Positions 9,218 through 17,908 of a DNA stretch of 64,000 nt are shown here, one piece after another (position 1 is the stretch's first letter; the number at the start of each line of letters is the position of its first letter). The stretch spans positions 122,335 through 186,334 of the forward strand of contig JAAXHH010000141.1 in NCBI GenBank assembly GCA_012270975.1, given 5' to 3'. Source of the DNA: Candidatus Latescibacterota bacterium (GTDB taxonomy: Bacteria; JAAXHH01). The position numbers were made by a program, and so were the translations under genes. The notes below the pieces were generated by a model. It was given only the letters and a program-made list of their open reading frames with translations, was not told the DNA's origin and searched no databases.

Positions 9218-9943
9218 TCAAATCGCGGGATTCTCCAGAAACACTGTTACGCCCATGTCCGCATACTTACCGCGGTCTTCCGGTGCGTGGTTCCTGAAGC
9301 AAACCCTCGTTTCCGCGTCTCTGAGCTGTTCGACCACGTGCCGGACGCAGTCGTCCACATCGCGGAAGGGGTGTTGCGGGTGCGCCTCGATACTGTACAT
9401 CAGATCGTTCGGCCCGAAGGAAAGGCAGTCAACGCCTGCCTTGGCCAGTCTCCGCGCACCCGTCACCGCGGGGATCGATTCGAGTTGGATCATCAACACG
9501 CCGTAGCTGTTCCACCATGCGGCGTACTGAAGCCGGTCTCCTCCGATTTCACTCACCTTTCGCCGCGCTCCGCCTCCCCAGCTCCGCATGCCCTTTTGCG
9601 GGTAATAGAAGAAGCTGGCCGCCTCCTCGACGGTTGACTCCGTTTCGACCTGGGGCACTTCGATCCCGGCGGGACCGAGGTCGAGCAAGTTGCCGACCAG
9701 GTAACTCTGATAGGTGTGCTTGATACGGAACACCACGTCGGCGTCCAGCGTATCGGCACGGTCGCAGAATTCCACCAGCCGGTCCTCGCTGAATGCGCTG
9801 TGCTGCCCATCCACCCAGAGAAAATCGAATTTCCCGGATTCAACGACCTTTTTCAACTGGTCCAGGGTATGACTCATGCCCACATTGGCGCCAATGATTC
9901 GTTCGCCCCCGCCGATGCGCTGCTTCAGGTTGCGTTCCGCCAT
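9218..9943 (-). CDS. HpcH/HpaI family aldolase (2-keto-3-deoxy sugar-acid aldolase-like)
   Basis: 241 aa. The fold motifs FDFLWVDGQHS and IQLESIPAV are typical of HpcH/GarL/RhmA aldolases. ATG at 9941-9943 has AGGAGC upstream. Confidence 0.8.
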   Translation of the reverse strand: MAERNLKQRIGGGERIIGANVGMSHTLDQLKKVVESGKFDFLWVDGQHSAFSEDRLVEFCDRADTLDADVVFRIKHTYQSYLVGNLLDLGPAGIEVPQVETESTVEEAASFFYYPQKGMRSWGGGARRKVSEIGGDRLQYAAWWNSYGVLMIQLESIPAVTGARRLAKAGVDCLSFGPNDLMYSIEAHPQHPFRDVDDCVRHVVEQLRDAETRVCFRNHAPEDRGKYADMGVTVFLENPAI

Positions 9944-10215
9944 GTTTTGCTCCTGTTGCCTCTATGTTATCAATCGTTCGAAACAGGATGAAGTATAAAC
10001 CGGACGTCGACCGCGGTCCCAGCCGGTCCGGATACTATCGATTATAACGGCTGGTCCTTTCATCCGACAGTTCAATATGCGCCTGTACGCCACGCCGGTT
10101 TCATTTTCGGATTGCCGTGCAGTCTGGCGGTTCTATCTTAACTTCAGGCGCAACGTCTTCAAGTTTAATCACCCACGCTGGTTGACCGGCGAATCGCGGG
10201 AACCGAGGAGGAGGG

Positions 10216-11193
10216 ATGCACCTTCATGACGTGGTGAACTGGTCGGATTTCGACGACGATACCCTCAACTTCTACCGCGCGATCAGCGTGGACATGATCC
10301 AGCTGGATCTCAGGACCGGCGGCAGGATCGAGGCCGAGCGGCACGTGAGGGCGGGCAAGGACAGCACGGAACTCTTCGAACAGGCCCGGGAGAAGACGGA
10401 GTCCCATGGTCTGACACTGCAGACGGTATTCATGCCGGTACTGGAAGGGATCACCCTGGCCACGGAGAAGCGGGACGAGGAACTCGGTGCCTTTGTCCGG
10501 CTCATCGAGTGCATCGGCAAGGCCGGCATACCGACCCTGGCCTGGAATTTCAAGCCGATGGGCAATTTCCGAACCACCTCCGACATAGGCCGCGGCGGCG
10601 CGGTCTACAGCACGTTCGACTATGCCGAATTCGATCGGAGCCGTCCTCCGCGCCACGAACCGCCCGTCCCCGAGGCGGTGATGTGGGACAACATGGTCGT
10701 CTTCATGAACACCGTGGTTCCAGCTGCCGAGAAGGCCGGCGTCAACCTGGCGCTCCACCCGGACGACCCGCCCATTCCGGAACCCCTTGGGGGCGTCGAG
10801 CAGATCTGCTCCACGGTGGAGCACTTCCGGCGTATCTTCGACGCGGTGCCCAGCGACAACCACAGAATGCTTTTCTGCCAGGGCTGCATGACCGAACTGG
10901 CGGGCCCCCGGGGCGTATACGATATCATCGCCGAGATGGCGTCCCGGAACAAGATCGCCCTGGTCCATTTCCGGAACGTCCGGGGCCAATTGCCGAGGTT
11001 CGCCGAAGTGTTCATCGATGAAGGCGAAGTGGATATGCGCCGGGCCATGGAGACCTACCGCGACAATGGGTACGACGGACCCTTCGGTATGGACCACACC
11101 CCGGGGTTTCCCCAGGCGAAGGCCGGATGGGCCGGCCGTGCCTTTGCCAACGGCTATATCCGCGCCACGATCCAGACAGTCTACGGCCGGTAA
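10216..11193 (+). CDS. uxuA: D-mannonate dehydratase (UxuA family, xylose-isomerase-like TIM barrel)
   Basis: 325 aa with UxuA-like conserved blocks (LALHPDDPP, HFRNVRG, GMDHTPG). A strong RBS GAGGAGGAGGG lies immediately before ATG 10216. Confidence 0.8.
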   Translation: MHLHDVVNWSDFDDDTLNFYRAISVDMIQLDLRTGGRIEAERHVRAGKDSTELFEQAREKTESHGLTLQTVFMPVLEGITLATEKRDEELGAFVRLIECIGKAGIPTLAWNFKPMGNFRTTSDIGRGGAVYSTFDYAEFDRSRPPRHEPPVPEAVMWDNMVVFMNTVVPAAEKAGVNLALHPDDPPIPEPLGGVEQICSTVEHFRRIFDAVPSDNHRMLFCQGCMTELAGPRGVYDIIAEMASRNKIALVHFRNVRGQLPRFAEVFIDEGEVDMRRAMETYRDNGYDGPFGMDHTPGFPQAKAGWAGRAFANGYIRATIQTVYGR

Positions 11194-11253
11194 TCACGGC
11201 CAGGCGGTCCGATCCGCTCATTTCACGCAACCAGACCAGGAGCGAAATCGAAC

Positions 11254-12444
11254 ATGAAAATAACCCACTTCGAAATCCTGCGCGTTCCGCCCAGTTGGGT
11301 ATGGCTGAAAGTACACACGGACACCGAACTCTTCGGCTGGGGCGAACCCTACCTGGAAAACCACCCGGAAAGCGTCATCGCCGAAGTACAGCGCATCGAG
11401 CCGCTGCTGATCGGCAAGGATCCATGCCGCGTCGAGTCGCTGTGGCATACCATGTACGAGGGCGGTTCCGGCTACGTGGGCGGACCGGTGAAGATGAGCG
11501 CGATCAGCGGCATCGACATGGCGCTCTGGGACCTTGCCGGGAAAGCCGCGGGGATCCCGGTCCACGGCATGCTCGGCGGGGCCTGCCGCGACCGGATACG
11601 CATGTACCGCGCGGTCGGCGGCCAGTTGCCCTGGTGCGTCGAGCCCGGTCAGCCCTACGATGCGGGTTGGGATCCTTCCAGGGAACCGGATTGGAATTTT
11701 CCGGAGGGCCACGAGGAAGCGGCCCGGGTCATTATCGAAGAATGGGGTTTCCGATGCATGAAGCTGCACGTGGGCATGGGGACCGGACTGGAACCTACTT
11801 TTGAAGTGGAACGGATCGCCGAAGCCTTCGCCGCCGTGCGCAAGGGTGCCGGTCCCGACGTCGAAGTGGCCGTGGATATCCACAATCCGCACCCCGTGAT
11901 GGCAAAACAGATGATTTCCGCTCTGACACCCCATCGTCCGTTGTTCGTCGAGGAACCCATGCCCGTGGAGCGGGTCGACGTGCTCGCCGACATCGCGCGC
12001 AACAGCGAAGTCCCCATCGCGGCGGGTGAGCGGTGGATGGGCAAGTGGATCTTCTACGATGCCCTGCGCAAAAACGCCCTGTCCGTGATGCAGCCGGACC
12101 TGTGCCACGCAGGCGGCATCACCGAGTGCCACAAGATCGCGGTGATGGGCGAAAGCGCCTACGCCAAACTCGCCCTGCACTGCCCGTTGAGCCCCCTGGC
12201 CCTGGCCGCGTCCATACAGATAGACGCCTGCGCGTCGAATTTCCTGGTGCAGGAACACAACGAAGTGAACTGCTGGCGAGAGGGCGGACGGACGTTCATC
12301 GGCAAAGGCTACTTCGCCGAACCCTTCGTGCTGGATGAAGACGGCTGCGTGGCGGTGCCCCAGGGCCCGGGCCTCGGTGTCGACATCGACCCGGAGGGAT
12401 TCGAAAAGATCATGGCCCGGCCGTGGCGGGACGTGCGGGGCTGA
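11254..12444 (+). CDS. Enolase-superfamily dehydratase (mandelate racemase/muconate-lactonizing-enzyme fold; galactonate/mannonate dehydratase-like)
   Basis: 396 aa. It has a capping domain at MKITHFEILRVPPSWVWLKVHTDTELFGWGEP. A barrel carries metal ligands (VDIHNP...FVEEP...QPDLCHAGG). Confidence 0.8.
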   Translation: MKITHFEILRVPPSWVWLKVHTDTELFGWGEPYLENHPESVIAEVQRIEPLLIGKDPCRVESLWHTMYEGGSGYVGGPVKMSAISGIDMALWDLAGKAAGIPVHGMLGGACRDRIRMYRAVGGQLPWCVEPGQPYDAGWDPSREPDWNFPEGHEEAARVIIEEWGFRCMKLHVGMGTGLEPTFEVERIAEAFAAVRKGAGPDVEVAVDIHNPHPVMAKQMISALTPHRPLFVEEPMPVERVDVLADIARNSEVPIAAGERWMGKWIFYDALRKNALSVMQPDLCHAGGITECHKIAVMGESAYAKLALHCPLSPLALAASIQIDACASNFLVQEHNEVNCWREGGRTFIGKGYFAEPFVLDEDGCVAVPQGPGLGVDIDPEGFEKIMARPWRDVRG

Positions 12445-12503
12445 ACCCGGGTTGATAACGGCAAGCGTATCGCTGCGCGGCGGGGACTGTGCCGAATGCC
12501 GGC

Positions 12504-13634
12504 CTAAACGCTCACCCGCGCCCACCGTGCGGTCTTGACAGCATCATCTCCCGCGTAGTAGACGACAAACACCTCGTCGTCCGACAAACGCACCATCCGG
12601 GGATGTCCAAAGCGCCACCGCTCCATGTCGCCCCAAAGTTCCGACTGCGTACGACCACCACTGGCGCCGGATTCCGTGCCGACAGTACTGTCGTATACCA
12701 GGAGATCCCGCCTGCGTTCCCAGTGCGCCCCGAAATCCTCGCTGATGGAGAGTACGATGCCCGGAGGATCCCGCCTGCGCGGATAGGCGACAAGCAACCG
12801 GTCGCCGCCCAGGGACAAGGGCTGGCAGTGCTGCCCGGGGAGATCGGTACCGTGCGGGATGGTCCACGACCGTCCATCCGGCGATCCAAAGGCGATATGA
12901 ATGTCGATATCGACGCCCGCGTTGAAGTCGTGGGTCCAGAACGTCGCGACAAGGCGGCCGTCTCCGGGATGGATGGCCAGCCGCTGGTCCCAGTAGGCCA
13001 GCGCATCGTCCGGATGACAGGCCACGGTGACGAACTCCGGCCAGGTCCGGCCGCCGTCCCGGGAAAAACGCAGCCTGGCCGCGGGCCGGCCGGGTGACGG
13101 ATCCTCGTATTCCTTCCACTGTTCATAGGGCTGTGCCAGGACGCTGTCCGGCAACCGGATGATTGCGTGCGAACAGGCTGAGGCGGCCAGGTGGGGCGTG
13201 GTCTCCATGCGACGCGGTGGACTCCAGGTGAAGCCGCCGTCTTCAGAGTCGACGTGCATGATGCGCATGGGGAGCAGGCCCTGCGTCTCCGGATGGATGA
13301 AGGGAAGATCCGGATCGGATCGGTCGACCCACAGGGCCGTGGCCGTGAGCTTCCCCGGAGCGAGTTCCGTGCTGGTAAGCCCCTTCACTTCACCCGGCGT
13401 GCCGTCCCAGGATCCCTTGCCAAAACCGTCGTACCGCAGGCGCCAGGTCCGGCCGTTATCGGCGGTGGCCCAGATACAGGCGTGCCCGTCCACCGAATCG
13501 CGTGCCGAGCCCCAGCGGCCCGAAACGAGAATCGTGCCGTCATGCAGGCGATTGATGGTGGTGAAGGCGCAGTTCCTGCGGTGCTCCGGAATGGTATGGC
13601 CGTCGCAGATCACGCAGGAATCTACAAGACGCAC
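12504..13634 (-). CDS. BNR/Asp-box repeat protein, sialidase (GH33)-like beta-propeller; no signal peptide
   Basis: 376 aa with several SxDxGxTW motifs (TADNGRTW, SEDGGFTW, SRDGGRTW, SEDFGAHW). GTG start at 13634. Confidence 0.75.
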   Translation of the reverse strand: MRLVDSCVICDGHTIPEHRRNCAFTTINRLHDGTILVSGRWGSARDSVDGHACIWATADNGRTWRLRYDGFGKGSWDGTPGEVKGLTSTELAPGKLTATALWVDRSDPDLPFIHPETQGLLPMRIMHVDSEDGGFTWSPPRRMETTPHLAASACSHAIIRLPDSVLAQPYEQWKEYEDPSPGRPAARLRFSRDGGRTWPEFVTVACHPDDALAYWDQRLAIHPGDGRLVATFWTHDFNAGVDIDIHIAFGSPDGRSWTIPHGTDLPGQHCQPLSLGGDRLLVAYPRRRDPPGIVLSISEDFGAHWERRRDLLVYDSTVGTESGASGGRTQSELWGDMERWRFGHPRMVRLSDDEVFVVYYAGDDAVKTARWARVSV

Positions 13635-13673
13635 GGATTCTCCAAATCTACTAACCTGTTCTTGGATTATCAG

Positions 13674-14768
13674 TTACGAGGTTTTGTTCCAGTGATCAAT
13701 CAGCGTAGATTCATCGTAGGACACGACCTTGCAGGCGACGTCCGCGGCGCGGAACATCTCCCACTGCCGCTCCGCGGTACCCGCCGTGTAGTAGGCCGTA
13801 ACCAGCCGGCCGTCGTCGAGCCGCGCGGTTGAGGGATAACCGATGTCGCCGCCGGGCAGGGTATCATCCAGGACCAGTCTCCGTCCATCCCAGGTCATCC
13901 CGCCGTCCCGGCTGATTAGCCCCTCCACGCCGAATGGCGGATGCCGCCGCCCAAAGGCGAGCAGCAGCCAGCCGTTGGACAACAGGGTGATGTCCGGCGG
14001 GTGTTCCTTCGCGTCCGTGACCCGGCCGATCATGCGCCAGGTGTACCCACCGTCTTCCGACACGCAGGAGTACAAAGCCTGTTCGGCGCGATCCTCGGAA
14101 CGGGCGACGAACAGCCAGCGTCCGTCGGGAAGGATGGCCACGTCCGATTCGTTCAGTCCCAGCGCCACCAGGGTAGGGTCTCCCCAGGTACGGCCGTTGT
14201 CGGTGGACCGGAGAATGTACGTCGGGGTCGACGCTGATTCACCGACGCGAACTGTTCCCTCTCCGGCTTCGCACAACGGCGATCCGCCGTAGATCAGCAT
14301 GTGCATGACGCCGTCTGCAGTGAAAATCTTGCCGAAGGGCGAGGCCCCGTTGATCGGCGTATAATCGATGAGTTCGTCGTCCACCCAGGAATGGCCGCCG
14401 TCCCCGGAGAATACGACCCGGGTATCGGCCCGGCCCAGTACCGGTTTCCAGGCCCCATCTTCGTCATAGGAGCCCTGCCAGTGGTAGGCTAGCACGAGGG
14501 TACCGTCCGGCGCCATACCGAGCGCGGGGTTACGGTCGTCCCGTTCGCTGTCGGCCACGGTCACCGGCGCGGACCAGGTCAGCCCTCCGTCCGTGGAGCG
14601 TCCCACGTCCAACCGGCCTCCCAGGCCCAGGTGCGCGGCGCCGCCGCGGTAGGCCAGAAGCAGTTCTTCGCCGCCCAGGCGCGTTATGACCGGAAAGTAA
14701 CCCTGTCCCACGACCGCGTCGACGTTCCGGGTGCCGGGGAGCAGGCGCAAATCGAGTTTATCGGGCAT
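13674..14768 (-). CDS. BNR/Asp-box repeat protein, sialidase (GH33)-like beta-propeller, a paralog of the adjacent gene; no signal peptide
   Basis: 364 aa with Asp-box motifs STDGGLTW, SGDGGHSW, STDNGRTW, SEDGGYTW and SRDGGMTW. ATG at 14766-14768. Confidence 0.75.
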   Translation of the reverse strand: MPDKLDLRLLPGTRNVDAVVGQGYFPVITRLGGEELLLAYRGGAAHLGLGGRLDVGRSTDGGLTWSAPVTVADSERDDRNPALGMAPDGTLVLAYHWQGSYDEDGAWKPVLGRADTRVVFSGDGGHSWVDDELIDYTPINGASPFGKIFTADGVMHMLIYGGSPLCEAGEGTVRVGESASTPTYILRSTDNGRTWGDPTLVALGLNESDVAILPDGRWLFVARSEDRAEQALYSCVSEDGGYTWRMIGRVTDAKEHPPDITLLSNGWLLLAFGRRHPPFGVEGLISRDGGMTWDGRRLVLDDTLPGGDIGYPSTARLDDGRLVTAYYTAGTAERQWEMFRAADVACKVVSYDESTLIDHWNKTS

Positions 14769-14958
14769 GGGTGGTCTGATGTCCTTGTGTAATCGTGTGA
14801 TTCGGCTAAGCGGATATGGGACCGACTGTAACGCGGGCAGCCTTTGATGTCAAGGAGATCGCACAGGAATCGACAGCGTCTCGGCTGAGCGGTCGGCATG
14901 GCTCAGCACGGCAAAACCGCACGCGGCAACCGCTTCGATTACGAAATGGATTTAATAC

Positions 14959-14996
14959 TTGACAGAAAAGTCAGGTTTGCTATATTCACGTAGGCA
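14959..14996 (+). promoter_or_regulatory. Sigma70-type promoter of the Rrf2-suf operon (TTGACA-16-TATATT) with an embedded palindrome TGACAGAAAAGTCA
   Basis: Sequence cttgacagaaaagtcaggtttgctatattcacg lies 25-60 nt upstream of ATG 15023. The TGAC-N6-GTCA inverted repeat overlaps the -35 region and spacer. It is a likely autoregulatory Rrf2 operator. Confidence 0.55.
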
Positions 14997-15022
14997 AATC
15001 GAGTTAAAAAGGAGACGACCCC

Positions 15023-15541
15023 ATGAAAGTGACCGCCCAGGAAGAATACGGCCTGCGTTGTATTCTACAGCTTGCGCGATACCATTCCCGCGACCCGGTT
15101 ACGGGCCGGCATATTGCCGAGTCGGAGGGCATTTCCCTGGACTACGTCTCGAAGCTGCTGATGATCCTCAGACGGGCGGAACTCGTCCGAAGCGTGCGGG
15201 GAATCAGGGGAGGATACGCGCTGGCGAGGGAGCCGCGGAGCATTACGCTGGGCGAGGTCATGCGCGCCCTGAGTTCGGAAGAGGGGATCGTGATCACCAG
15301 CCCGGACAGCCACATGTGCGATCATTTCTCCGGCCACCTGGAGGCGTGCACGCACCTGAACGCATGCGCCATCCGTCCCGTCTGGACGGTCCTGGCCCGG
15401 TACCTGTCCGGCGTGCTCGATCACATATCCCTCGCGGACCTGCTGCAGACCGAACACCAGGTCCTCGAGGTAGTGGAGCAGGTTTCCCAGGATACCATGC
15501 GGGACCAGGCGATGGGCGGAACGATCCAGATAGGTCGTTAG
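15023..15541 (+). CDS. Rrf2 family transcriptional regulator (IscR/SufR-like) with three C-terminal Cys
   Basis: 172 aa. It has an N-terminal wHTH (YGLRCILQLARYH...GISLDYVSKLLMILRRAELVRSVRGIRGGYALAR) and Cys ligands (CDHFSGHLEACTHLNAC). RBS AAAAAGGAG. It lies directly upstream of sufB. Confidence 0.85.
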   Translation: MKVTAQEEYGLRCILQLARYHSRDPVTGRHIAESEGISLDYVSKLLMILRRAELVRSVRGIRGGYALAREPRSITLGEVMRALSSEEGIVITSPDSHMCDHFSGHLEACTHLNACAIRPVWTVLARYLSGVLDHISLADLLQTEHQVLEVVEQVSQDTMRDQAMGGTIQIGR

Positions 15542-15611
15542 CACGGCAGATTCGGCACGACAGATTCAGCACGGCAGGTTTGGCACGACAGATTCAGCAC
15601 GGCAGGTTTTA
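15542..15611 (+). repeat. Five tandem copies of a 14-nt unit (alternating CACGGCAGRTTYGG and CACGACAGATTCAG) in the sufB leader
   Basis: Read directly: cacggcagattcgg cacgacagattcag cacggcaggtttgg cacgacagattcag cacggcaggtttta. The tract fills the gap between the Rrf2 stop and the sufB RBS (AAGGAGACGAA at 15620-15630). Confidence 0.8.
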
Positions 15612-15630
15612 ATCGGTTCAAGGAGACGAA

Positions 15631-17064
15631 ATGGAAGCCATCGAAACTTTAGCCCAGCAGGAATACAAAGAGGGCTGGGTGACCGACATCGAGATGGAAA
15701 CGGCGCCGCCGGGGCTCAACGAGGATATCATCCGGTTCATATCCGCCAAGAAGAACGAGCCCGAGTTTCTGCTGGAATGGCGCCTCAAGGCATATCGCCA
15801 CTGGCTTACGATGAAGGAGCCCAACTGGCAGTACATGGCCTATCCGCCGGTCGATTACCAGGACATCGTGTATTACGCGGCGCCGAAGAACACGCCGCAG
15901 TACAACAGCCTCGACGAGGTGGACCCCGAATTGCTGGAGACCTACGACAAGCTCGGCATACCGCTGGAAGAGCAGAAGGTGCTCGCGGGCGTGGCCGTGG
16001 ACGCGGTCTTCGACAGCGTGTCGGTTCACACGACCTTCAAGGACAAGTTAGCCGAGTTGGGCATCGTCTTCTGTTCCTTTTCCGAGGCCGCGCAGGAACA
16101 TCCCGACCTGGTAGAGAAGTACCTGGGCACCGTGGTCCCGTACCGCGACAACTACTTCGCGACGCTGAACTCGGCCGTCTTCAGCGACGGCTCCTTCTGC
16201 TACATTCCGCCCGGCGTCCGGTGTCCCATGGAACTCTCCACCTATTTCCGCATCAACACGGCCGGGACGGGACAGTTCGAGCGCACGCTGATCATCGCCG
16301 ACGAGGGTTCCTACGTGAGCTACCTGGAAGGCTGCACGGCCCCCATGCGGGACGAGAATCAACTCCATGCGGCGGTCGTGGAACTGGTCGCCCTGAAGGA
16401 CGCCCAGATCAAGTATTCCACGGTGCAGAACTGGTATCCCGGCAATGAAGAGGGCCAGGGCGGCGTATACAATTTCGTGACCAAGCGCGGCGCCTGCAAG
16501 GGGGACAACGCCAAGATCTCCTGGACGCAGGTCGAAACGGGGTCCGCCATCACCTGGAAGTACCCCAGCGTGATCCTGCAGGGCGACCATTCCATCGGCG
16601 AGTTCTATTCCGTGGCGCTGACCCGCAACAAGCAGGTGGCCGACACGGGAACCAAGATGATCCACGTGGGGAAAAACACGCGCAGCACCGTGGTTTCCAA
16701 AGGCATCTCCGCCGGCAACGGCCAGAATGTCTACCGCGGGCGGATCCAGGTGCTGAAGAAGGCGGACGAGGCGCGGAATTACACCCAGTGCGATTCGATG
16801 CTGATCGGCGACCGCTGCGGCGCCCATACCTTTCCCTATATCGACGTAGGGAACAACTCCGCGAGCGTGGAACACGAAGCGTCGACGGCCCGGATCAGCG
16901 AGGACCAGCTTTTCTACTGCAAGACCCGGGGCATATCCACTGAAGACGCCATTTCCATGATCATCAACGGATTCTGCAAGGAAGTCTTCCAGGAACTGCC
17001 GATGGAATTCGCCGTGGAAGCGAAGAAGCTCCTCGGGATCAGTCTCGAAGGAAGCGTTGGGTAA
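15631..17064 (+). CDS. sufB: Fe-S cluster assembly scaffold protein SufB
   Basis: 477 aa, highly conserved SufB throughout (e.g. [37 protein letters not shown]). Confidence 0.95.
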   Translation: MEAIETLAQQEYKEGWVTDIEMETAPPGLNEDIIRFISAKKNEPEFLLEWRLKAYRHWLTMKEPNWQYMAYPPVDYQDIVYYAAPKNTPQYNSLDEVDPELLETYDKLGIPLEEQKVLAGVAVDAVFDSVSVHTTFKDKLAELGIVFCSFSEAAQEHPDLVEKYLGTVVPYRDNYFATLNSAVFSDGSFCYIPPGVRCPMELSTYFRINTAGTGQFERTLIIADEGSYVSYLEGCTAPMRDENQLHAAVVELVALKDAQIKYSTVQNWYPGNEEGQGGVYNFVTKRGACKGDNAKISWTQVETGSAITWKYPSVILQGDHSIGEFYSVALTRNKQVADTGTKMIHVGKNTRSTVVSKGISAGNGQNVYRGRIQVLKKADEARNYTQCDSMLIGDRCGAHTFPYIDVGNNSASVEHEASTARISEDQLFYCKTRGISTEDAISMIINGFCKEVFQELPMEFAVEAKKLLGISLEGSVG

Positions 17065-17115
17065 AGAAAGGCCGGTCTGCGGCCAATGTGAACAGAACAG
17101 GAGATAACAGGCACG

Positions 17116-17880
17116 ATGGCACTACTTGAAATCAGGAATCTGCGCGGCGGCATCAAGGACCAGGACATCATCACCGGGATCGACCTGACCGTCGACCGGG
17201 GCGAGGTGCACGCGATCATGGGACCCAACGGCTCCGGCAAGAGTACGCTGGGTAAAATCCTCGCCGGCCACGAGGAATACGCGGAAACCGGGGGGACGGT
17301 ACGGTTCCAGGGCAAGGACCTGTTCGAGCTCACTCCCGAGGAACGGGCCAATGAAGGCATGTTCCTGGCCTTTCAGTACCCGGTGGAGATCCCCGGCGTC
17401 AGCAACGCCTACTTCCTCCGGGCGGCGATGAACGAACGCCTGAAGTACCGTGGCGAACCGGAGATAAGCGCCGGCGCATTCCGGCGGCTGTTGAACGAGA
17501 AGATGAAACAGGTCGACATGGACCCCGAACTGGCCCGGCGCCCGGTGAACGAAGACTTCTCCGGAGGTGAGAAGAAACGCAACGAGATCTTCCACATGGC
17601 CGTGCTCGAGCCGACGCTCTCCATCCTGGACGAGACGGACTCGGGACTGGACATCGATGCCATGAAGATCGTGGCCCACGGGATCAATCAGCAACGCACG
17701 GCGGAAAACGCGATGATCGTCATCACACACTACCAGCGGTTGCTGGACTATGTGGTTCCGGACTTTGTCCACGTTATGTATGACGGCAGAATCGTGAAGT
17801 CCGGCCGCAAGGATCTCGCCTTCGAGTTGGAGGAGCGGGGCTACGAGTGGATACGGGAAGAAGTGGAAGCCGCCGGCTGA
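17116..17880 (+). CDS. sufC: Fe-S cluster assembly ATPase SufC
   Basis: 254 aa with Walker A (GPNGSGKST), ABC signature (FSGGEKKR) and Walker B (ILDETDSGLD). Confidence 0.95.
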   Translation: MALLEIRNLRGGIKDQDIITGIDLTVDRGEVHAIMGPNGSGKSTLGKILAGHEEYAETGGTVRFQGKDLFELTPEERANEGMFLAFQYPVEIPGVSNAYFLRAAMNERLKYRGEPEISAGAFRRLLNEKMKQVDMDPELARRPVNEDFSGGEKKRNEIFHMAVLEPTLSILDETDSGLDIDAMKIVAHGINQQRTAENAMIVITHYQRLLDYVVPDFVHVMYDGRIVKSGRKDLAFELEERGYEWIREEVEAAG

Positions 17881-17908
17881 GTCCTCAAAGGGAGAACGGG
17901 AACACGAA

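Noticed and set aside
15542-15611. Tandem repeats near the suf operon as a possible CRISPR array.
   Set aside because: The units are 14 nt and directly abutting, with no spacers and no cas genes. This is a simple tandem repeat, not CRISPR.
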